Shown here in pieces: positions 57,625 to 64,000 of a stretch of 64,000 bases of DNA (its first letter is position 1; each line of letters begins with the position of its first letter). The DNA lies in assembly GCF_016863135.1 (NCBI RefSeq), contig NZ_BOOH01000011.1, positions 43,141 through 107,140 of the forward strand, read 5' to 3'. Made by a program: the position numbers and the translations under genes. Source of the stretch: Planobispora longispora. GTDB taxonomy: Bacteria; Actinomycetota; Actinomycetes; Streptosporangiales; Streptosporangiaceae. Under the pieces are notes generated by a model. It was given only the letters and a program-made list of their open reading frames with translations, had not been told where the DNA came from and searched no databases.

Positions 57625-58608
57625 TCAGGCCGGGACGTGGTTGCGCAGGCGGAGCTCTTCCGGATACGGGGCGAAGTACGTCTGGTCGCGGACGTAGTCC
57701 TCGCCCTCGCCCCGCGCGTCGTGGAGCAGCAGGGCCGCCGGCACGCTGAGGGCCACCCGCCCGTCCCGGTAGGAGGTGATGACCTCCGCCAGGTCGGCCC
57801 GGCGGGCCGGGTCCAGGGAACCGGCGATCATTCCCGCGCAGTGCTGGAGCACGTTGACGTTGCGGCCGATGCTCGCCTTGTGGGAGAACGCCGTGCGGAA
57901 GGCGCGGCCGTACCTGGCCGCCAGCTCCCGGCGGCCGAGCACGCCGGCCAGGGCCACGGCCCGGCCCGCCTCGTTGTAGGAGACGGGGTCGTGGGCGAGG
58001 AGCTGCATCTTGTGACGGGAGTGGAACGCGATCAGCTCACGCGGGCCCCAGTCGCTCTCCAGGAACGCGCGCAGCCGGGCGTGGGCGAAGATCCGTTCGA
58101 CGAAGGTCTCGCGCAGCATCGGGTCGTGCAGCCGCCCCTCGTCCTCCACGGGCAGCAGCGGGTGTTCCTCCATGATCCGGGCCGCGAACAGGCCCCGGTT
58201 CCTGCGGTCCGCCGGCATCTCCCCCGCGTAGATCGGGACGCCGTGGATCCCGCAGCTGGGGCTCTTGGCCTTGAAGACGTAGCCGTCCACGTCGAGGGTG
58301 CGCGCCCGCTCGGCGGCGAGGGCCGTCATCCGCGCGGTGTGGTCCGTCCGCGACTTCCTGGCGATGAGCCGGGGGCCCTCGGGAGAACGTTCGAGGTGAA
58401 GGCTCTCCCGGGGGGCGCCGAGGCCGATCTCCATCTCCGGGCAGACCGGCACCCAGTCGACGTACGGATCGAGCTCGCCGCTGAGGAACCGGTCGCGGCT
58501 GTGCCCGCCGTTGAAGCGCACCAGCTCGCCGATCAGGCAGCTCGACACCGCGACGCGGGGCCTGACCTCGTCCGTCCGGGCGGTGGGAAGACCGTTCATG
58601 TCGTTCAC
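57625..58608 (-). CDS. DUF523/DUF1722 (YbbK/YbgA-like) protein
   Basis: PRVAVSSCLIGELVRFNGGHSRD is a DUF523 N-terminus; the C-terminal half is DUF1722-like. Such genes are commonly adjacent to photolyase genes. Confidence 0.7.
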   Translation of the reverse strand: MNDMNGLPTARTDEVRPRVAVSSCLIGELVRFNGGHSRDRFLSGELDPYVDWVPVCPEMEIGLGAPRESLHLERSPEGPRLIARKSRTDHTARMTALAAERARTLDVDGYVFKAKSPSCGIHGVPIYAGEMPADRRNRGLFAARIMEEHPLLPVEDEGRLHDPMLRETFVERIFAHARLRAFLESDWGPRELIAFHSRHKMQLLAHDPVSYNEAGRAVALAGVLGRRELAARYGRAFRTAFSHKASIGRNVNVLQHCAGMIAGSLDPARRADLAEVITSYRDGRVALSVPAALLLHDARGEGEDYVRDQTYFAPYPEELRLRNHVPA

Positions 58609-58615
58609 ATCCCCT

Positions 58616-59143
58616 TCATGCCGCCGTGGAGGTGAGGACGCTCGACAGCCGGCGCAGGCCGCGCGCGGTGCGGGCCTTGACGGTGCCGAGCGGGACGCCG
58701 AGGAACTCGGCGATCTCCCGCTGCGTCAGCTCGCCGTAGTAGGCCAGTTCGATGGCCTGGCGCTGGGGCGCGGGCAGTTCGGCCAGCGCCCGGCGGACCT
58801 GGTCGCGGTCGGCCATGCCGTCGCCGGCGGCCCGGCCGTCCGCGCCGGGCGGATCGGCGACCGCCTCCAGCGGCACCGTCTGCGGGGCGCGCGCCCGCAG
58901 GTGGTCGACCGCGCGTTTGTGCGCGATGCCGAGCAGCCACGCGGGCAGACTCCGGGACGGGTCGAACCGGTGCCGTGAGCGCCAGACCTCGGCGAAGACC
59001 ACCTGCCGTACGTCTTCCACGTCGTACGGCGGCACGAAACGGCGCAGGTAGGCGCCGATGAGGGCGGAGTACGTGCGCAGGCATTCCGCGAGCGCGGTGT
59101 CGTCGCCGGCGGCGAGCCGTGTGTTGAGGGTTTCCGCGGTCAT
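58616..59143 (-). CDS. ECF sigma-70 factor (LitS-like position downstream of LitR-like regulator)
   Basis: Region 2 (VRQVVFAEVWRSRHRFDPSRSLPAWLLGIAHKRAVDHLR) and region 4 (LPAPQRQAIELAYYGELTQREIAEFLGVPLGTVKARTARGLRRL). Confidence 0.75.
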   Translation of the reverse strand: MTAETLNTRLAAGDDTALAECLRTYSALIGAYLRRFVPPYDVEDVRQVVFAEVWRSRHRFDPSRSLPAWLLGIAHKRAVDHLRARAPQTVPLEAVADPPGADGRAAGDGMADRDQVRRALAELPAPQRQAIELAYYGELTQREIAEFLGVPLGTVKARTARGLRRLSSVLTSTAA

Positions 59144-59259
59144 GACGACCTCCTCATAAGAAACCTATTCAAAACTTATTCATACCGGTTGGTCCGCCAT
59201 GATCGCAAGGTGTCGGCCCAGGTCGGTGCCGGGATGACGGAGGAAGGGACGCCGGAATG

Positions 59260-59392
59260 GGAGGGGAGGGGCTCCGGCGGAGAGGCCGCGAGGGCTTCGG
59301 CGAAGAGGCGGCGAGGGCCCCGGTGAAGGGAAGACAGGGGCTCCGGCGAAGGGAGGACGGGGGCTCCGGCGCGGGGCTCAGCCCAGGGCCGA
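59260..59392. repeat. about five degenerate ~23-bp tandem repeats (GGGCTCCGGCGAAGGGAGGACGG) abutting the LitR-like gene stop codon
   Basis: ggggctccggcggagaggccgcga / gggcttcggcgaagaggcggcga / gggccccggtgaagggaagacag / gggctccggcgaagggaggacgg / gggctccggcgcggggctcagc. Shares the core GCTCCGGCGAAGG with the array at 16042-16113. Confidence 0.45.
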
Positions 59393-60394
59393 GGAGATCC
59401 GGGCGAGGGCGTCGCGGAAGGAGGTGACGTGCGGGATCGACGCCGGCAGCCCGGCCCGCCATCCCGGGCCGCCCGCCATGACGCGGCTCGCCGGGCGCGA
59501 CGCCGGCAGCCCGGTGAGCGCTCCGGGATCACCGGTCGACGCCTGCTGGGACCAGACGAACACGACCGCCGGGGCGAGCCGGCGCGTCGCCCCGGCCAGC
59601 GCGGAGAAGGGCGTCCGGGCTCCCAGGACGCGCGACTCGATCCGGTGCTCGGTGGCCAGCGCCGCGGCCAGCGCGTAGATCGGGAGGCTGTGCTGTTCGT
59701 CCTCGGCGCAGGCCAGCAGCACCGGCCGGTCGTTGACCGGCGCCCGGGGCGCCTTGACCAGCGGGAGCAGGGCGGCGAGCACCCGGTCGGAGAAGACGTG
59801 CTCGACCTCGATGGCGGCCCCGGTCGCGGCCTGCCGCGCGCAGATCGCCTCGAAGACCGGGATGACCAGGCGCTCCCAGGTCCACACGACCCCGTGCCGG
59901 GTCAGCGCGGCCCCGAGCCAGCCGGACAGGGACGAGCTGTCCAGCGCCACCGCGGACCGGGCCATCATCGCGGGCGTCGGGATCTCGTGCCGGGGCGGCG
60001 GGACCGGAAGCCCGCCGGGCGTGTCGTCACCGGGGGACGCCCCCCGGGACCGTCCGGCGGAGACCGTCTCCCCGGCGGCCGGGACACCGGGCCTCCCGGT
60101 GGCCGCGACGGCCGCCTCCGCCGGGGCGTCCGCAGCTCCGGCGGGACGGGCCCGCAACACCTGCCGCGCGGCGTCGGCGGCGGGGACACCGGTCTTGATC
60201 AACCGGTTCATCTCCTCCAGCCGCCACAGGTCGCCGGAGTCGTAGCGGCGGTGCCCGCCGGGGCTGCGGCGGCTCGGGCCGACGCCGTAGCGCAGGTTCC
60301 AGGTGCGGAGCGTCGGGGCGGGCACGCCGAGCCGCCGGGCGACGGCGCCGATGCCGTAGCCCGGTTCGTCTTCGCTGGTCGGTCGCTCGTCCAT
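59378..60394 (-). CDS. MerR-family regulator with C-terminal cobalamin (B12)-binding domain (LitR/CarH-like light-responsive regulator)
   Basis: MerR HTH YGIGAVARRLGVPAPTLRTWNLRYGV...HRRYDSGDLWRLEEMNRL. C-terminal Rossmann-like domain with an E/DxH B12-ligand-like motif (CAEDEQHSLPIYALAAAL). Confidence 0.7.
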   Translation of the reverse strand: MDERPTSEDEPGYGIGAVARRLGVPAPTLRTWNLRYGVGPSRRSPGGHRRYDSGDLWRLEEMNRLIKTGVPAADAARQVLRARPAGAADAPAEAAVAATGRPGVPAAGETVSAGRSRGASPGDDTPGGLPVPPPRHEIPTPAMMARSAVALDSSSLSGWLGAALTRHGVVWTWERLVIPVFEAICARQAATGAAIEVEHVFSDRVLAALLPLVKAPRAPVNDRPVLLACAEDEQHSLPIYALAAALATEHRIESRVLGARTPFSALAGATRRLAPAVVFVWSQQASTGDPGALTGLPASRPASRVMAGGPGWRAGLPASIPHVTSFRDALARISSALG

Positions 60395-60462
60395 GACTCT
60401 CGTCTTCCGTGCGCCGGACTGCCGGGGGTCGCCCGCGCGCTCAGGACATTCTTTCGCAACAG

Positions 60463-60492
60463 GTTCGCCCGCGGATGCAACCGCGGCCGAAC
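60463..60492. promoter_or_regulatory. imperfect inverted repeat GTTCGCCCGCGG-atgcaa-CCGCGGCCGAAC in the litR-like/phr divergent region
   Basis: 11/12 arm complementarity, read directly from the sequence. About 25 bp upstream of the phr ATG. Confidence 0.35.
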
Positions 60493-60513
60493 CCGTGCGC
60501 GGAGAGGGTGGCG

Positions 60514-61552
60514 ATGGACACCGTCGTCGTTCTCTTCACCAATGACCTCCGGGTGCACGATCACCCGGCGCTGACCGCCGCGTGCGCGGAGGCCCGGCAC
60601 GGGGTTCCGCGCGTTCCCCGGCGTGACGATCGTGCCGCCGGAGGCCCTGCGCCCTTCCGGAGGCGGCGACCACTACCGGATCTTCACGCCGTACCTGCGG
60701 GCCTGGACGCGCGCCGGGCGCAGGCAGGTGCTGGACGCCCCGGAGAAGGTGCCGTTCCCCGGCGGGCCGGCCCTCGGCCGGCCGGAGATCTCGCGGGAGC
60801 CGTACGGCTCCACGCGGCGGGCGAGGCGGCCGTACGAGTTCCCGCGGGGCGGGGAGAGCGCGGCGCGCCGGCGGATGGCGCGGTGGCTGGAGTGGTGCGC
60901 GGAGGACTACGCGGACGGCAAGGACGACCTCGCCGGGGACCGGACTTCCCGGCTCGGCCCCTACCTGCGGCTGGGCTGCGTGTCCCCGCTGGAGCTGGAG
61001 TCGCTGGCGGAGAACGGCGAATTCGTCCGGCAGCTGTGCTGGCGCGACTTCTACCACCAGGTGACGTCCGCGTTCCCGCGCATCGACCGGGACGACTACC
61101 GGCCCCGCGGGACACGGTGGCGTGACGACGACGGCGCGATCCGGGCGTGGAAGGAGGGCCTGACCGGGGTGCCGATCGTCGACGCCGGCATGCGCCACCT
61201 GCTCGCCGAGGGCTGGATGCCCAACCGGGTCCGCATGATCACGGCGTCGTTCCTGGTCAAGAGGGTGTTCGTGGACTGGCGTGTGGGCGCCGGCCACTTC
61301 GCCGAGCTGCTGCTCGACGGCGTCGTGGCGAGCAACTACGGCAACTGGCAGTGGGTCGCGGGGACGGGGAACGACACCCGTCCCAACCGGACCCTCAGCC
61401 CCGTCCGGCAGGCCAGGCGGTTCGATCCGCAGGGAGAGTACGTCCGGCGCTACCTTCCCGAACTGGCCGCCGTCCCGGCGAAGGCGGTCCACGAGCCGTG
61501 GCGGTCCGCCCCGGTCAAGGGATATCCGCCGCCGCTGGTCCCGTTCGGCTGA
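60514..61552 (+). pseudogene. phr: deoxyribodipyrimidine photolyase, decayed (internal ~100-codon deletion plus frameshift)
   Basis: Frame 1 gives MDTVVVLFTNDLRVHDHPALTAACAEARHG, the photolyase N-terminal domain start, then loses sense near 60600. Frame 2 resumes at VTIVPPEALRP...YRIFTPYLRAW and continues through the intact FAD domain (WREFY, TGVPIVDAGMRHL, NRVRMITASFLVK, GNWQWVAG). About 100 residues of the alpha/beta domain are missing. Confidence 0.6.
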
Positions 61553-61693
61553 CCGCCCCGCCCGGGCGGTCCGGGGGAGCCGCCCCGGCGGAAGGCCGCG
61601 GAACTGTTCTAGAACCTCGTTCAGGAAAGTGTTCCGTGAGTTACGATCTGCGCCAGAGTGATCAATGGGCCCGGCGGTTCGAGGCAGGTGCGT

Positions 61694-62464
61694 GTGAACG
61701 ACAGGAACCCCTACGGCATCGACGTGAACACGGCCAATGTCGCGCGGATCTACGACTACATGCTCGGCGGGAAGGACAACTTCGCCGCCGACCGCGCCGC
61801 CGCCGAGGAGATCCTCAAGGCGTTCCCCGAGTCGCGCGAGGGCGTGCGGCTCAACCGGGAGTTCCTCGGCAACGTGGTCCGCCACCTCGCGGCGGAGGCG
61901 GGCGTCCGGCAGTTCCTCGACATCGGCGCCGGGCTTCCCACGCAGAAGAACGTGCACGAGGTCGCGCACGAGGTGAACCCCGAGGCCCGCACGGTCTACG
62001 TCGACAACGACCCGGTCGTGTGCGTGCACGGCAGGGCGCTGCTCGCCAGCACTCCGACGGTCGCCATGGTCGAGGGCGATCTGCGCGCCCCCGAGGAGAT
62101 CTGGGACGGAGCGGCGAGGACCGGCCTGCTCGTCCCGGGAGAGCCGGTCGCCGTGCTCATGGTGGCGCTCCTGCACTTCCTCGACGACCCCTACGCCGAG
62201 GTCGCCAAGGTCAGGGAGCTGATGGCCCCCGGCAGCTTCCTGGTGATCACTCACCTGTCGATGGCCGAGCGCCGGGCCAAGGACACCGACGCGGTGAAGG
62301 ACGTCTACTCCCGGGCCAACTCGGGCGTGGTGCCCCGGACGCCGGAGGAGATCCGGCGCTTCTTCGGCGACTTCGAGCTCCTGGACAACAAGCGGTTCAT
62401 CGCGCCCAACGCGCTGGAGCGCATGTCGGTCCTCGGCGCGGCCGGAGTGGGCCGCAAGCCCTAG
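61694..62464 (+). CDS. SAM-dependent methyltransferase (DUF574/SAM_MT family)
   Basis: ARIYDYMLGGKDNFAADR and FLDIGAGLPT; the family is common in actinomycetes. GTG start with GAGGCAGG upstream. Confidence 0.7.
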   Translation: MNDRNPYGIDVNTANVARIYDYMLGGKDNFAADRAAAEEILKAFPESREGVRLNREFLGNVVRHLAAEAGVRQFLDIGAGLPTQKNVHEVAHEVNPEARTVYVDNDPVVCVHGRALLASTPTVAMVEGDLRAPEEIWDGAARTGLLVPGEPVAVLMVALLHFLDDPYAEVAKVRELMAPGSFLVITHLSMAERRAKDTDAVKDVYSRANSGVVPRTPEEIRRFFGDFELLDNKRFIAPNALERMSVLGAAGVGRKP

Positions 62465-62542
62465 GATCCGGGACGGCCGGAAAGACGGGCCCCGGGGCCG
62501 GGGCGGGCGGAACGATTTGATCGTCTCACGCGTCGCACAGGT

Positions 62543-63484
62543 GTGACCCCCTTCGACATCAACGATGACGATCTGCGCGCCGCCCGCGAGAGAGTGCGGC
62601 GGCTGGAACGGCTGACCGGGCAGCGCCGGGCCGCGGCCGCGCAGATCGAGGAGACCGTACGGCTCATCGCCGAGCTGGAGACGCGGCTGGCGGAGGAGGA
62701 GCACGACGTCTCCCGCCTGGAGGAGGGGGGTTTCGCGGCGTTCCTGGCGGGCCTGACGGGCTCCAGGGAGGAACGGCTGGCCAGGGAGCGGGCCGAGGCG
62801 CAGGCCGTACGGGAACGGCTGCGCGGGCAGCGGACCCGGCTGGAGTGGCTGAGAGCCGACCTGGCGGCCGTGGAGAGCGGCCTGACCGAGGTGGGAGGGG
62901 CCCGCGAGGAGTTCGACGCCCTGCTCGACCGCAAGGAGCGCCTGCTGGTGCGGTCGGGTGACGCGCGCGGCCGCGAGCTCGTCGAGCTCGGCCGGAACCT
63001 CGCCGACACCGTCGCGGACCTGCGGGAGCACGAGGAGGCCCACCGCGCCGGAGCCGTCGCGGCCGAGGCGATCGGCCGGGTCCTGCACTGCCTCGGCGGC
63101 GCGCGCGGCGCGTCCACCTGGGACGTGGTCGGCGGCGGTCTCATCGCGGACATGATGGAGCACGGCCACCTGCGCGACGCGGACGAGGCGGCCCTGCACG
63201 CCCAGCGGGCGCTGGACGCCTTCGCCCGGGAGCTGGCCGACGTCGGCGTGCACGTCGCCCCCGCCCTCCCCGAGGTGGACACCCGCGTGTTCGCCGACAT
63301 GTTCTTCGACAACATCATCACCGACGCGCTCAAGCACCAGCGGATCTCCCGCACCGGCGAGGCCGTGGCCGAGATGGCCCGGTGGGTGAACGGCACGATG
63401 GGCGACCTGGCCGCGCGCGGCGCCGAGCTGGCCGGCCGGCGCGACTCCCTCGTCGCCCGCAGGCAGGACGTCCTGACGGGCTGA
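62543..63484 (+). CDS. hypothetical coiled-coil protein
   Basis: 313-aa ORF with strong coding bias. The N-terminal half is heptad-like (RLERLTGQRRAAAAQIEETVRLIAELETRLAEEEHDVSRLEE). Confidence 0.55.
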   Translation: MTPFDINDDDLRAARERVRRLERLTGQRRAAAAQIEETVRLIAELETRLAEEEHDVSRLEEGGFAAFLAGLTGSREERLARERAEAQAVRERLRGQRTRLEWLRADLAAVESGLTEVGGAREEFDALLDRKERLLVRSGDARGRELVELGRNLADTVADLREHEEAHRAGAVAAEAIGRVLHCLGGARGASTWDVVGGGLIADMMEHGHLRDADEAALHAQRALDAFARELADVGVHVAPALPEVDTRVFADMFFDNIITDALKHQRISRTGEAVAEMARWVNGTMGDLAARGAELAGRRDSLVARRQDVLTG

Positions 63485-63569
63485 ACCGCCCCCTGACCCC
63501 CTGTGACGGACGGGGACCGGCGCCCTAGGGAAATCCCCGGGGCGCCCCCTGAGGCTGGCCGACGCCGGA

Positions 63570-63845
63570 ATGCCTATGGTCAAGGGGCTACGCAGTGATG
63601 CGGGAGAGATGGTCATGGACGTCCAGCAGGTACGGCGCCGCCACGAGGACGCGCTTCTCGCCAAGCCCAACGTCGTCGGTGTGGCCACCGACAGCAGCGG
63701 CCCCGACGGAGGCGTGATCATCGTCTACGTCACGCGCAAGGTGCCGCCGAGCCGGCTCGCCGAGCAGGACGCCGTTCCCGGGCGGCTGGACGGGTTCCCC
63801 GTGAGAGTCGTCGAGATCGGTTCCCCGGCTGCGCAGCAGCCGTGA
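63570..63845 (+). CDS. hypothetical small protein
   Basis: 91-aa ORF with moderate coding bias and no recognisable motif. Confidence 0.3.
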   Translation: MPMVKGLRSDAGEMVMDVQQVRRRHEDALLAKPNVVGVATDSSGPDGGVIIVYVTRKVPPSRLAEQDAVPGRLDGFPVRVVEIGSPAAQQP

Positions 63846-63887
63846 GCAGCGCTCACGGTCCTTTCGGCCTCAAGAGAGGTGGCTGGT

Positions 63888-64000
63888 ATGAACCGGCAGG
63901 AACTGATGCGTGGTCCACAGAGTTTCCGCCTGTCGGGCGAGGTCCGGGCGCAGGCGATCGAGGAACTCGTCAATCCCGAGCGGGGACCGTCCAACGTCGT
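63888..64000 (+). CDS. hypothetical protein, 5' partial (continues beyond window)
   Basis: ATG preceded by GAGAGGTGG. MNRQELMRGPQSFRLSGEVRAQAIEEL... stays open to the window end. Not in the ORF track because it is truncated. Confidence 0.3.
   Translation, partial: MNRQELMRGPQSFRLSGEVRAQAIEELVNPERGPSNV

Noticed and set aside
60536-63721. 1,061-aa minus-strand ORF
   Set aside because: Antisense to the photolyase, SAM-MTase and coiled-coil genes. No motifs.

Overview
This is a high-GC (about 70-72%) actinomycete chromosomal window, Streptomyces- or Streptosporangiales-like, densely coded on both strands. No rRNA, tRNA, CRISPR array, integrase or transposase was recognised. All calls rest on the six-frame ORF track plus family motifs read by eye; no database search or computation could be run, and my coordinates may be off by one or two bases at some minus-strand starts.

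Recognisable content, in order along the window:
- 1..965: the 3' end of an ECF-type sigma factor carrying a long C-terminal extension.
- 1024..4835: small regulators and membrane proteins (an AbrB/MazE-like DNA-binding protein, a divergent TetR/NmrA pair, an ArsR-glyoxalase pair, a DoxX protein).
- 5141..9983: an iron-siderophore uptake locus with two IdeR/DmdR iron boxes. It encodes an ABC ATPase, a lipoprotein substrate-binding protein, a fused double-domain FecCD permease (FhuB-like) and a siderophore-interacting FAD reductase.
- 10065..11540: a protein made of about ten 42-aa tetratricopeptide (TPR) repeats.
- 12233..14757: a TPR-AAA+ ATPase translationally coupled to a TPR-membrane protein.
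- 14968..15909: a secreted Tat-lipoprotein intradiol dioxygenase.
- 16106..19900: a self-sufficient P450 BM3-like (CYP102-type) fusion gene and a divergent TetR regulator, with paired palindromic operators between them.
- 19982..21947: a carotenoid-cleavage oxygenase and a divergent PadR regulator, again with paired palindromes in the shared intergenic region.
- 21986..34831: the most unusual locus in the window, described below.
- 35087..40503: prfC (release factor 3), a Gfo/Idh/MocA oxidoreductase, an unassigned 202-aa gene and a secreted S1 serine protease.
- 40591..43864: an island of three tandem DUF397 genes, one XRE-DUF5753 regulator, a zinc-ribbon protein and a membrane protein, separated by AT-richer spacers.
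- 44140..49107: a SARP/AfsR regulator, an ECF sigma factor with a redoxin, and a glyoxalase.
- 49206..57512: the glgX-treY-treZ trehalose operon and an MmpL transporter.
- 57625..61552: a light-response locus (LitR/CarH-like MerR-B12 regulator, ECF sigma, DUF523/DUF1722 protein) beside a decayed photolyase gene.
- 61694..64000: a DUF574-type SAM methyltransferase and small hypothetical genes.

The best candidate for an undescribed system is the ~13-kb locus at 21986..34831. It combines:
- an HTH-N6-adenine methyltransferase-TRD fusion with no visible nuclease, followed by a kinase-domain-only Ser/Thr kinase;
- a GTGA-coupled NfeD-flotillin-(1,700-aa AAA+/coiled-coil protein) operon;
- two paralogous PP2C phosphatases, one at each edge of that operon;
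- a palindromic site at the methyltransferase start and a G-rich repeat / AT-rich promoter island upstream of the NfeD gene.

I read this as a candidate membrane-raft-associated phosphosignalling or defence module. Its function is inferred, not demonstrated.
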